From Chloropicon primus (taxonomy: Eukaryota), in NCBI GenBank assembly GCA_023205875.1, contig CP060754.1, forward strand, positions 1,488,001 through 1,552,000: a stretch of DNA of 64,000 nt, written 5' to 3'. Of this stretch, positions 1 through 10,340 are shown one piece after another. Position 1 is the stretch's first letter, and each line of letters opens with the position of its first letter. The translations under genes were made by a program, and so were the position numbers. A model generated the notes under the pieces. That model saw only the letters and a list, made by a program, of their open reading frames with translations. It searched no databases and was not told where the DNA came from.

Positions 1-3000
1 GAATTTCACTCAGCTGCCTTCTGCTGTCGACATAACCTCCTCTCTTCTTGATTGCTTCCAGAAGAATGTTAGCTTTCCGAGAGCCAAGACCGGCAACAAA
101 CGGGAGTGAATACGACTTCCAAGTCTGAAGCATAGCTTCATTGAGGTCTACACCAACCTGGCTCACAAGCGTCACCAGGCATTGCTCCAGGGCAGACAAT
201 TGCTCGTCTACACTGAGGAACTGCTGCGCTTCATGCAAGTTCAGTCCCGCGACTTCGTTTTGGTTCGAAAACAGAGAGGCTGCAACAGGCAAAGGATCAA
301 AGAACATTCTTCCCAAAGCAACAGCCTCTTTCACACTCCCAGGCACTTGAGGAAGCTCTGACAACGCTGCTTCGGAACCTGACCACAAGTGCGGGATCAC
401 TTGGGAGGCTAGGATCACAGGAATGTCCCCACTCTCAACTGCACCTTTCATTTCTTGGGTGTGGTTGACCAGAACTTCGGCAACAATGATTTCCATGATG
501 TTCTTCAGTTTGACGCACTCCACGGACCCTGATCCTAAAGCGATTATCTGAGGCTTGTGAGCGATGATGAACCTCTTCACGTTCTCAGCAGCTGCTTGTG
601 ACTTGACATCGCTCATAATGTTCGTCCCGTCGGACCAGTTGAGCTTGCCACTGAACGCGGGCATCTCCAAGAAATCTGCCAAGTTTCCGCTCGTATCAAG
701 CATCACTAGCGTCGTCGAGAAGCCTTGGCTTCTGTCCTTCGCTGGTCCCCACACGCAAGACATTATGTACTTTTCCGTGTTCTCCCCTTGATCACCGCTC
801 ACTTCTGATTTCCAAGGTGCCACAGACAAAAGCTTCCACATTTCATCGCTGAGTTTCTGGCTTACCCACCCCTTTGCTTCTTGGATCAGTGCATTCTTGA
901 CTTCCAATTTGAGCATAGGGAGCAAATAGTTGTACACCGCATCCTGCAGTATCTTTTTCCTCAAGTTTCTCCATTCCTTGTGCACAGGAGAGCTTGCAGG
1001 AGCCATATAGAGACTTTCAAACACAGACATGACTTGCTCTTGCAGGACGTCCATTGGCATCTTGATCGTCACCCTGATCAGCCCCTCTCTCTCTGCTGAG
1101 ACCAAGTACAACCACTCTGCTGCCTTGAAAGACGAAAGAGGCTTGTCGTCGAGACTGGAGACTGGGCAATACTTGTGCATTGGGTCCCTTATCTCGGAGC
1201 CCTTCTTCGCGGGTTCTGTGAACACCCGGGCATTGTCTCGGTAAGCTGTCCTGACGAGACGCCTAACTGCTGTCTCGGAGGAAAGTTCGACTGTCATCAA
1301 TTTGACGGCCATGTCGCACACATTCTGTGGGCTCATGCCAGAAGGCAGTTCCTTCTCTACGAATTCGAAAGGATCCACATCAGGGTACTCCAGCTTGTGC
1401 TCCTGGGCCTCCGCCTCGATGTTCGCCGCAAATTGCACTGGGCTCAGACACAAGACTTTCAAAAATGAAGCTGGCACGTTCCTCCGCCAGTGGGAGAGCT
1501 GCTGTGTTTTCCCCGGCCTCTTTGATACGCCTGCAGCCTTGACATCCACATTCTGCATGATTGACTGATACATCTTGAACTTTGCGTCCGCGTCATCAAT
1601 GACTTGGTAATCAAATCGTTTGCTTTGTAGCAGCTGCATACAGTCCTTCTCGATGCCCTTGACAGTCTCGAGTTCCCCAGCTTCCTGGGCAGCCGCCTGC
1701 AAGTTCTTGTAGGCTTCCAAACGCTTCTGGGCCCTCTTGAAGTGAGAGTGCCACTCTTTGGAGAGTTCGTGAACTTTCCAGAGCAAATCCCACCTCCTTA
1801 CTTTTTCGCGCATCACATTCTCTTCGGAGAAGGACAATCCCATCTCAAAGAGGTCATACAAGTCCTCGCTACCCAGCATGGAAGGCTTGTCTTCCTCCCT
1901 CAAGCAAAGAAGCGGGCCGCAGTGCTCTTTCCTGTACATGGCAACAAAAGGGACCTCAAGGTGCTTCTGTTGGATGTCCCTCAACACGCTGGCCAGGGAC
2001 TCCTTCAGCACTTCTTGCTGTATCTCGTCGTATGCTATTTGTGAATTCTCCTCGGCCTTGCTCAAGAACCGCCTTCCGAGTTTCCGGTGAAGCTCGCTCG
2101 CACCGGCAGGAGACTCCACCTCTGTCACCCCGCCGTCCAAGATGTCTGTGTAAAGGTTCTCGTCAATGTTGAATAGGTTGTGCCCCAACAGTTGGTCGCA
2201 GATCCATTCGCACTGCTCGGTGAACTCGCTTTGGCTCAACTGGACGGAGTGCAACTTGGCCAACTGCAGCCGCTCGGGTATATCCGTCCTCCTTATCTGG
2301 TCGTCGTCATTTGTGAAGAAGTTTGCTTCAAGAATTGCTGGATCGATCTTCTTGTCTGCCTCCGTGTCCGCAGCTCTTGTCGCCAAACCTCCAGTCTCTA
2401 TTCTCGATATCTTCATCTCCTCGTACCTTCTCACAAGGTCGTCCGCGTCCAGCCAAAGGCCTTGCAGATCCTTGTGGGTTGCCAGAGACACGCCAGCGGT
2501 CCTCGCCTTCAGCCTTTGCTTTCTCTTCTGCTTCTGCCTCGCTTTCCGAAGTCTCTCCTCCTCCTTCTCGATGGCTATCCGCTTCTGCTCATCGTCCATA
2601 TCATCCGTCACAACCCTCTGCTTGTGAACCTCAGTATCATCGATGAAGTCCCTGAACTCGTCCTCCTCGGACGACTGGGAGTCGAACTCCTCCTCAGACT
2701 CCACCGCTGCTTCCGCCTTGCTCGCCTTCTCCTGGTCCTTCACCTCCTCGTCCTCCAAGTCCTCCAGGTCCGTCCGTCCGAAGAGCTTGGCCTTGAGCTC
2801 CTCCTCCGTCATCCCCGCGGGCGCGGGAGTCGACTCGCCGTCCGCCTTGGAGGCCTTGACGAGACGCCTCTTTTTCTTTCGAGCCTTCAAGCCAGCGATC
2901 TCCAAGTCTTCCTCGGCGAGCTCGTCGACATCCTCTTCGCTGTCGTCGTCGCTGCCGTCACTCCCGCTGTCGCCACCGCTTCCTCCGCCATCCTTGCCCT

Positions 3001-3235
3001 TCTCCCCCTCCTCGTCGTCCGAACCCACGAGGAAGCCGTCCATGTCCCCCTCTCCCTCCTCCTCCCCCTCCTCCTCCTCCCCCTCCCCCTCCCCGTCGTC
3101 GCTCTCCGAAGCCTCTTCCTCTATCAGGGCCGCCGCCCCTCGGGACGACGACGCGGCCTTCTCCACCTTCCCGCCGGTCTCCTCCTCCACCTCCATGTCC
3201 TCCAAACCCTCCTCCTCCTTCTCCGTGCCGGACAT
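1..3235 (-). CDS. SPT6: Transcription elongation factor SPT6 (N-terminal part; continues past the left edge)
   Basis: Absent from the ORF track because it has no stop in the window. My minus-strand translation from ATG 3235 gives an acidic N-terminus, then the SPT6-type motifs DDQIRRTDIPERLQL and HLEVPFVAMYRKEHC. Confidence 0.85.
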   Translation of the reverse strand, partial: MSGTEKEEEGLEDMEVEEETGGKVEKAASSSRGAAALIEEEASESDDGEGEGEEEEGEEEGEGDMDGFLVGSDDEEGEKGKDGGGSGGDSGSDGSDDDSEEDVDELAEEDLEIAGLKARKKKRRLVKASKADGESTPAPAGMTEEELKAKLFGRTDLEDLEDEEVKDQEKASKAEAAVESEEEFDSQSSEEDEFRDFIDDTEVHKQRVVTDDMDDEQKRIAIEKEEERLRKARQKQKRKQRLKARTAGVSLATHKDLQGLWLDADDLVRRYEEMKISRIETGGLATRAADTEADKKIDPAILEANFFTNDDDQIRRTDIPERLQLAKLHSVQLSQSEFTEQCEWICDQLLGHNLFNIDENLYTDILDGGVTEVESPAGASELHRKLGRRFLSKAEENSQIAYDEIQQEVLKESLASVLRDIQQKHLEVPFVAMYRKEHCGPLLCLREEDKPSMLGSEDLYDLFEMGLSFSEENVMREKVRRWDLLWKVHELSKEWHSHFKRAQKRLEAYKNLQAAAQEAGELETVKGIEKDCMQLLQSKRFDYQVIDDADAKFKMYQSIMQNVDVKAAGVSKRPGKTQQLSHWRRNVPASFLKVLCLSPVQFAANIEAEAQEHKLEYPDVDPFEFVEKELPSGMSPQNVCDMAVKLMTVELSSETAVRRLVRTAYRDNARVFTEPAKKGSEIRDPMHKYCPVSSLDDKPLSSFKAAEWLYLVSAEREGLIRVTIKMPMDVLQEQVMSVFESLYMAPASSPVHKEWRNLRKKILQDAVYNYLLPMLKLEVKNALIQEAKGWVSQKLSDEMWKLLSVAPWKSEVSGDQGENTEKYIMSCVWGPAKDRSQGFSTTLVMLDTSGNLADFLEMPAFSGKLNWSDGTNIMSDVKSQAAAENVKRFIIAHKPQIIALGSGSVECVKLKNIMEIIVAEVLVNHTQEMKGAVESGDIPVILASQVIPHLWSGSEAALSELPQVPGSVKEAVALGRMFFDPLPVAASLFSNQNEVAGLNLHEAQQFLSVDEQLSALEQCLVTLVSQVGVDLNEAMLQTWKSYSLPFVAGLGSRKANILLEAIKKRGGYVDSRRQLSEI

Positions 3236-3747
3236 GACTCCTCTCCCTTCTCCTCGAGATCGAACCCTTCCCTCGCGACCTTTGCCTTCGCCGGCGTTGC
3301 TTCAGACGGTCCGGCCTCGCACGCAAGACGAGAGCCCAAAGGCCTGTGCCACCGCAAGCGCTCGAAAAGGTCCTTCCCTCGCGCCCGCCGTCCCTCTCTC
3401 CACCTCGCGTTCGCCCTGACCTCGCCTCTCCTCGCCTCTCGTCCGATCGATCAATCGAGCCGCCTCCCTCGCCCTTTCCCTCCCCAAACCTGGGGATCCT
3501 CTTGGCCCTGGGCGGGGGATGATCCTCGTGGATGGGATGGAAGCCGAGGGGCAAGAGGGAGGTTGATTTCCCCCGTGGCATGGACGCACGCATTATCGTT
3601 GATTCCTATTCACAGAGTGATCTCCCCTTGAAGAGAAGGGTGAGACGGTGATCCAAAACAGCTCGAGGACGATGCGATGCGTTGGCGAGCGAGCGAGCGG
3701 GGAGGGAGAGGGAGAGGAAAGAAGGAAGGTATAATAGACATTGCGAT

Positions 3748-5769
3748 TTAGGAGGTGTTGTACTCCTCGTTGAGCTCCTGGAAGGCGTCTGTGAGCTCCT
3801 TGTGGAGACCCTTGTACTTGTCAATGATGGCCTCCTCGCCCTGGGCGGGGTCCTCGAATTTCTGGGCGGAGAGCTTGTAAAGCAAGTCTCCCAGCCTTTG
3901 TTTGATGATCTGGAAGCTGATCCTGTTCTTCATCACGCCGCCCTTGCCCGAGTCCTTGCCCATCCTGTGGGCCATCAAGTTTCTCTCGATGCAATCGTTA
4001 GCAAGCTTGTTGAAGGTCACGATATTGCGCATCATCCAGACGCTCTTGTACAGCGGACAAAATTTGTCGTAGGGCGTGAAGGCATTCTGCTGCAAGAAGT
4101 CGTCCTTGATCAGCCTGGCGGTCTCCAACACGATTTTGTCGCCCTCGGCCAAGGCATCCTTGCCCACCAGCTGCACGATCTCGTTCAAGTCGTCCTCCTT
4201 CTGCAATATGTCTCTAATCCTGGTCTGGAGCTCGACAAGCTCGGAGTCGAAAGAATCGTAAAATCCCTGTAGGGACTTTGTGTACTTCGAGTAACTCAGG
4301 AGCCAGTTCACTGAGGGGAAGTGCTTCCTCTGTGCCAGCTTCTTGTCCAAGCCCCAAAACACTTGGACAATACCAAGGGTCGCTGAGGTGACGGGGTCAC
4401 TGAAGTCTCCACCGGGAGGGGAAACGGCACCGACGATGGTCACGCTTCCCGTCCTGTTTGGCGATCCCAAGCACTGCACTTTCCCGGCCCTCTCGTAAAA
4501 ACTAGCGAGCCTGGCCGCCAAGTAGGCCGGGTACCCGCTGTCCGCAGGCATCTCAGCCAACCTTCCCGAAATCTCCCTCAGCGCCTCCGCCCACCTCGAC
4601 GTGGAATCCGCCATCATACTGTAGTTATACCCCATGTCCCTGAAGTACTCCGCGAGCGTGATTCCCGTGTAGATGGAGGCCTCTCTCGCGGCCACGGGCA
4701 TGTTGCTCGTGTTCGCCACGAGGGTCGTCCTCTGCATGATTCCCTCCTCCCTTCCGTCCGGCAAGGTCATGGTGAGCTGCGGGAAATCCATCAGCACCTC
4801 TGCCATCTCGTTCCCCCTCTCCCCGCACCCGACGTACACAATCCCGTCAGAGTTACTGTACTTGGACAGGGCTTGACTAATCACCGTCTTCCCGCACCCG
4901 AACGCGCCAGGAATGCAGCAGGTTCCGCCCAGCACGGAGGGGAAGAGCGTGTCCAGCACCCTCTGCCCTGTGAGCAAGGGGGTGTCGGCCATAAGCTTCT
5001 TCGCGACGGGCCTCGGATTCCTCACTGGCCAGTTCTGGACCATCGTGTACTTCTTTTTCTCGCCGTTGAACTCCAGCTCCAACACCTCCTCGTTCACAGC
5101 GTACTCGCCCGGCGGGGCGATGTAAGTGACCACGCCCGCCGCGTTGGGAGGGCACATGACCCTGTGCTCGAGCAAGGCGTTCTCTTGGACCGTCGCGAAG
5201 ATTGAGCCGCCGGTGAGCTTGTCCCCGATCTTGAGCTCCTTCGACGGAGCGAACTCCCACATGACCGAGTCATCCAGAGGCAGAACGTTCACTCCTCTCG
5301 GTATGAAGCAGTTCTGCGTCTTCTTTGAGATCGTCCTCAAGGGCCTTTGGATGCCGTCGAAAATGTTGTCCAGCAGCCCCGGGCCGAGCTCCACGCTCAG
5401 CGGGCGGCACGTGCGATACACGGGGTCGCCCACCTGCAGGCCGCTCGTGTCCTCGTACACCTTTTGGGAGAAACGAAAGCAGAAGGGTCAGACAAGACTT
5501 GAGATGATTCCAAAACGCGGCGCGCTCAGTCCCGCCCACGCAAGGAGAGGGGTCAGAGAGGGGGAAGAAAGAGTGCGGCAACGTACCTGAATGGTCGCAG
5601 TGTGCCCCTCGAGCCGAATGATCTCTCCGATGAGCTGCTCGGCACCCACTCTCACGAGCTCGTACATGCTTGCCCCGAAGATGTCGTCCGCCACGACGAC
5701 AGGTCCCGAAACTTTCCGGATGCACCCGACCATGTTCTCGTCATCGTCCACCTCAACGTCGCGCCCCAT
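3748..5769 (-). CDS. VHA-A: V-type proton ATPase catalytic subunit A (2 exons; intron 5461-5586)
   Basis: P-loop GAFGCGKT, plus [11 protein letters not shown] and [21 protein letters not shown]. Exon 1 (MGRD...KVSGPVV...TATIQ) joins VYEDTSGL through a GT...AG intron. Confidence 0.97.
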
Positions 5770-5846
5770 GTCGTCCTCGCTTCCTTTCGCCTCACTCTGC
5801 AACTCTCTCTCTCTCTCTCTCGTGTGTGCCAACGTCCCGCCGTGCG

Positions 5847-5855
5847 TTAGGGTTT
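5847..5855 (-). promoter_or_regulatory. Telo-box-like motif AAACCCTAA upstream of VHA-A
   Basis: Plus strand TTAGGGTTT about 80 nt upstream of the ATG. A single occurrence that could be chance. Confidence 0.25.
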
Positions 5856-6007
5856 GCCTCCTCTGGTGCTGGAGGCCCGGGGGGTTGGGTGGATTTGAGG
5901 ATGATGGTGTGGGATTGAAAAAGAAGTGGATCATTGGCTTTGGACTCGACAGAGATGATGGAGGGAGGAGCCCGTCATCCAAGTGGATGGTCATAAGTTA
6001 CACATTG

Positions 6008-7651
6008 TTATGTTTTTTTGTACAAAATGAAAGACATGGTCGCGGCGTAGAACGTGTGCATTCCGCAAAACACCCACCAGACCCACTGCAGCGAGGAGTC
6101 CTGCACGAGGTAGCCTCCGCACACGATGAACAGAACGTTCAGCGCCATGGCCTTGACGAGATCCTTCACCCTGCCTATGGCCAGCAGGCTTCCCTCGAGG
6201 GAGAGCAAGATCGGGAAGACGCACACGGAGAGGGTGACCTGGTTCAAGACGGATCGGGTCCTCTCCCGGATGACCAAGTCTTGGGTGAAGAGCGAGGACA
6301 GGGGCAGGTAGCTCAGCCTCGTGGCCACGAACATGAGGGCGCTGAGGGCGAGTCCGATGCCGAGAACCAGCTTGACGTAGTACAGGCCCCTGGCCGCTTC
6401 CTCCCGGCCCCCCGACCCCTCCGATCTGAAGTACTGGGGCGCAAAGGACTGCGCGGCGTAGGACAGGGGCTCGCCCACGAGGATCAGGACCCGCCAGATC
6501 GTCAGGGCCACGAGGTGGGCTGCGAGCGCCGCGGACCCGAACATGGTGCTCAGGTAATTCATCAGGAACACCTTGACGCAGGTGAGGACCTTCATCACCA
6601 GGAAGGGGGCGCTCTCCCTCAACAGCGGCGGCAGGGTGCTGAGGGGCGGCAGGGAGAGCCTGAAAGGCTCTCCCCCGCTCCCCCCGTCGGGGCGGAGCTC
6701 CTTCACGATCCTCGAAAAGAGGAAGGTGGCCGCGAGAAACTGCGCGACGACCGTGGCGATGGCCGCACCCACAATGCCGGTGCGGAGCCACCCCACCAGG
6801 AGGACGTCCCCGACGGTGTTGACCATCCCGCTGATCAGGACGGCAAGCAAGGGGGTCACGGAATCTTTGCTCAAGCCCATCAGGATGCCCTGCATGGTGA
6901 TCTGCGCGATAAATGCCGGGACGGCGATGGCCCTGATCCTCGTGTAGAGCGCCGCCGGCTTGATGGCTTCCGCCGAGGCCTGGCTCGTCGTCGCGCTCAT
7001 CAGCCAACCCGCCCCGAACACGAGACTCGACATGAGAACCAGGCCAACGAGGACGGAGAGCATCCCGAACTCCGCCGCGGCGGCCCTCCTCCTCGCTTTC
7101 CACTCCTCCCCGTCGCCCCCCGGGCCGTCCTTCGCAAGCCCCGCGAGCTTGTTTATGCTAGCCACCTGCAAGAACGCAAAGATCAGGCCCAGGCTATCGA
7201 ACACGGTGGACGAGGGGCCCAGCGCCGCGAGCTCCACCGTGGTGGCGCACCGGCCCACCACCGCCGTGTCCACAGCCGACAGAATCGGAGAGGCCAAGCT
7301 CGATCCCAGGGCAGGAAGGGCAAACCGCAGGATCGCACCGACGTCCTCGAGCCACGAGCTCGCGGCAGGCCTGGCGTCCCCTCCCGGCTCCTCCGCCCTC
7401 AAACGGCTCCTCCGACCAACCTCGACATCGCGAATGCCCTCCCGATGGCATTGGCGACTGAGGTGGCGACGGCGTTGGCGATTGCGGCGGCGCGCCCATC
7501 GCCCGTCAGAAGCAGCAGTTGCAGTCGAAAGGGCACAAGTCCGTTCCACCCCCTTGGTTGATGCGGAGCTCCCTCTCCGAGTAGATGGCGAATCCCTCGT
7601 TGGTTTTCTTGCGCTTGTACCGGGGGAGGAGGGAGTCCAGGTCGAAGTCAT
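6008..7651 (-). CDS. MATE efflux transporter, plastid-type (DTX46/EDS5-like), with a putative transit peptide
   Basis: FALPALGSSLASPILSAVDTAVVGR...ELAALGP, YTRIRAIAVPA and many TM helices. The S/T/R-rich N-terminus ends in RSRLRA|E. The only in-frame ATG before TM1 is 7651. TGTAA lies at 5998-6002 after the stop. Confidence 0.85.
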   Translation of the reverse strand: MTSTWTPSSPGTSARKPTRDSPSTRRGSSASTKGVERTCALSTATAASDGRWARRRNRQRRRHLSRQCHREGIRDVEVGRRSRLRAEEPGGDARPAASSWLEDVGAILRFALPALGSSLASPILSAVDTAVVGRCATTVELAALGPSSTVFDSLGLIFAFLQVASINKLAGLAKDGPGGDGEEWKARRRAAAAEFGMLSVLVGLVLMSSLVFGAGWLMSATTSQASAEAIKPAALYTRIRAIAVPAFIAQITMQGILMGLSKDSVTPLLAVLISGMVNTVGDVLLVGWLRTGIVGAAIATVVAQFLAATFLFSRIVKELRPDGGSGGEPFRLSLPPLSTLPPLLRESAPFLVMKVLTCVKVFLMNYLSTMFGSAALAAHLVALTIWRVLILVGEPLSYAAQSFAPQYFRSEGSGGREEAARGLYYVKLVLGIGLALSALMFVATRLSYLPLSSLFTQDLVIRERTRSVLNQVTLSVCVFPILLSLEGSLLAIGRVKDLVKAMALNVLFIVCGGYLVQDSSLQWVWWVFCGMHTFYAATMSFILYKKT

Positions 7652-7916
7652 CCTTGTCCTTGGAGAAAACCGCTGCCACGAACGCTTCGCCCTTCCTGTC
7701 GCCCCCTTCCCTTCCCTTCTTCTTCTGCTTCTTCTTCTGCTGAGAGGACGAGGATGAGGACGAGGGGTCTGTCCCTTGGTTTTCTCGTTTTCGCTTCTCC
7801 TCCGCTTCCTTCTTCTCCTTCTCCTTCTCCTTCTCCGCCTCCTCCTTCTTCTGCTTCTCCTTCTTCGCGCTGGCGAAGATGTCGTCGATCACGCTCTCCT
7901 TCCCCTTCCCTTTCAT
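7506..7916 (-). CDS. DUF1764-family protein
   Basis: IDDIFA near the N-terminus, a K/E-rich middle and the diagnostic C-terminus RKKTNEGFAIYSERELRINQGGGTDLCPFDCNCCF*. Confidence 0.85.
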   Translation of the reverse strand: MKGKGKESVIDDIFASAKKEKQKKEEAEKEKEKEKKEAEEKRKRENQGTDPSSSSSSSQQKKKQKKKGREGGDRKGEAFVAAVFSKDKDDFDLDSLLPRYKRKKTNEGFAIYSERELRINQGGGTDLCPFDCNCCF

Positions 7917-7983
7917 CCTCCCTCCCTCCTCGTTCCCGCTCTGCTCTTCTCTGCTCTGCTCTGCTCTCGGTTGAGAACGAGGA

Positions 7984-7986
<3 letters not shown>

Positions 7987-8026
<40 letters not shown>
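7987..8026. repeat. (AG)n microsatellite
   Basis: Directly visible run of about 20 AG units. Confidence 0.9.
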
Positions 8027-8028
<2 letters not shown>

Positions 8029-8402
8029 TGTGGGATGGGATGGGATGGAGGGATCCACTTTGCAAGGCCTTGAGACACTTCCAGCCGAAGGCTGAGGATT
8101 CAAACATCGGCAGCGAGCTGCTCCGTCTGAATAGGAGATGATGATGAGAAACTCGGCGGAGAGAAAGAGGGCCGAGGGTTGGGTCGCAGGTTGATCCTTG
8201 CTTCCATTGGTTTCGGACTCTCCCCTTGATCCCCTCGCACGTGCCTGCTCCGGTGTTTGTCTGTCTGTTGTTCTTTTGTTGTATTACACCAAAACACTTG
8301 TGTGGGTGCTTTGAGAGTCAAGGAGGCCAAAGGCAAAGCAGTGAGCCGACCGCCTTACCAGATGCCGTTTGACCCAAGAATGGACGACGGCTGGCCTGAA
8401 CT

Positions 8403-9150
8403 TTACTTGTCCCACTCCTTGCCGTACTCCTTCTTGAAGTAATCCACGTTGGAACCAAAGTAACCCTCCTTCTTTCCCTCGTAGCCGATCTTCGCAAGAG
8501 TCAAGGTGAGGAAGAGGCCGATGTGCCAGGTGAGCATGTACACCCAGAAAGGGTCCGCCACGCCTGGTCCCGTGGGGAAGTTGGCCAAGTTGGAGGCAAT
8601 GGACTCGTTCATCCTGTAGAACAAGCTCTCTCCGCCGTAGCTTCCCACAGGGATGCAGCTGGGAATCGTCCACGCCAAGTAGCCCACCCAGAAGGGGAAA
8701 TTGTCCCTCTTCAGCCAGTTGCGTGGGAACGTTTCCGGGTTCTCCGCACGGACCTGCTGGAGGTCTCCCCTGCGCGTGTTCAGCCTCGTCCTCAACCCCC
8801 TCACCTGACGGAACCCGACGGGAGCTGCATGCACCGGATCATCATCCCCAAGCAAAAGCAAGCAAAAGCAAGCAAAAGCAAGCAAAAGCAAGCAAAACAA
8901 AACAAAAGCAAGGGCAGGCAGGAGGAGGGAAAAAAATAAGAGCACACGAACGAACGAGTCAGAGGATCCATTCCATCTCGAAACTAGGTCGATGCCCAGG
9001 GCATGGGCTTGGGCATGGCATGGCATGGGTGTTGAGAGAGAAGAGAAAGAGAAAGAGAAGAGAGGAGGAGAGAGGAGAGGTTTGTGTTTGTGGGGTGTGT
9101 GTTCGGGTTGTCTTACCTTTGGCGGAGTGGAGCATCATCCTAGTGGTCAT
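8403..9150 (-). CDS. PSAO: Photosystem I subunit O (2 exons: 9150-9117, 8824-8403)
   Basis: FPRNWLKRD...WTIPSCIP...SIASNLANFPTGP...FWVYMLTWHIGLFLTLTLAKIGYEG follows the PsaO pattern. The spliced N-terminus MTTRMMLHSAKAPVGFRQVRGLRT...VRA resembles a transit peptide. The intron contains GCAAAA/GCAA repeats. Confidence 0.9.
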
Positions 9151-9716
9151 GGGTGCGCTTGCGGTGCTGGTTGTTGGGTTGTCGGGTTGGTTCGCGTCCT
9201 CCCTCACGCCGTTCTCTTTCTCTCTTCCTATTGGATCTCAAGAGATCTTATCCTTACGCGAATTAGTGTACAATATTACACTCATATAACATAATCTGAA
9301 ATTTCCAACAACGCACAAAGCTGAGAGAGAGAGAGCCAGGGGGGGAGGAGGGGGACGACGGGCCTTGTGTTCGAGGGAGGTGCGTGGTCGAGGTGGCTCG
9401 AGAGGGAGGTGGTGTGCCGGATATTCTGAAGCGCCTTCTTGTGATCTTTCGAAAGAGCCGTCGCTCGAAGGGGACGGCCGAGTGGTGGGGATTCGAGGAC
9501 ACGAAACGGGAGAGGGAAGCCGGGAGGACGAGCGGGGAGAAACAGAAGAGGGAAGGCGGCGGGGAGGGGCGCGTCGAGGCGAGAGAGAGGTGGATTGAGA
9601 GAGGATCGGGAGTATTGTCTCCTGATCTTTCGAAAGAGGTGTCGCTCGAAGGAAACGGCCGAGTGGTGGGGATTGGAGAGGGAGGATCGTCTCGACTCCG
9701 ATAAGGTAGTGTTGTG

Positions 9717-10220
9717 ATGGGAGCGGCGTCGAGCTCGGTGGCGGCGAGGAGGGGCGCCGCGGAGGCGAAGAAGAGGGCTCTTCCCAAGTACGAGGATGCC
9801 ACAGGGATCGGGGCGTCCGGCGGTGGGGGGACCCAAACCCAAACCCGGATCGCCAGGCCGGAGAGCTACCGGGAGGCGGAGACCTTCGCGCCCGGCGCGG
9901 CGTCCTCCCCCTCCGACAAGGGGGATCTGGACGAGATGCTCAAGCAGCTCTCCGGCCTGGTGAAGGAGAGGTCCGTGCCCATAAGGATGGACGAGCAGGC
10001 GGTGGCCCACGCCAGGAGACTCAGGAAGGAGGTGCAGAAGGAGGTGAACAGCAAGAGGCTCTCGTTGAGGGACGTGGAGAGGACCTTGAGGGACCCGAAC
10101 CTGGCCTTGGAGAGGGGGGTGCCGAGGGACATCGTGCAGGGCCTCGTGGAGTCGATCAGACTGCCGAGGGAGGAGGACTACATCGCGGACCCTGACGCGG
10201 ACCGGCCGCCCACTTTCTGA
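9717..10220 (+). CDS. Hypothetical protein, possibly an NDUFAF4-like complex I assembly factor
   Basis: Strong coding codon bias. The MG start, DLDEMLKQLSGLVK, RLSLRDVERTL and LVESIRLP resemble plant NDUFAF4-like proteins as I recall them. Confidence 0.5.
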   Translation: MGAASSSVAARRGAAEAKKRALPKYEDATGIGASGGGGTQTQTRIARPESYREAETFAPGAASSPSDKGDLDEMLKQLSGLVKERSVPIRMDEQAVAHARRLRKEVQKEVNSKRLSLRDVERTLRDPNLALERGVPRDIVQGLVESIRLPREEDYIADPDADRPPTF

Positions 10221-10340
10221 GTGCGAAGAGGATGAGTGCGTGCGTGGAAAACAAGTAGATATAAGATAATAGGCGGAGCATCCGCGGCTGACACGGATTG
10301 TGCGCGTATGCTTTCATTCATTTCGACTTCTCCCTCGCTC

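Noticed and set aside
5591..7561. 656-aa plus-strand ORF
   Set aside because: Antisense to MATE and VHA-A exon 1, with no motif support. The same applies to 45031-46725 (+) and 50658-52475 (-).
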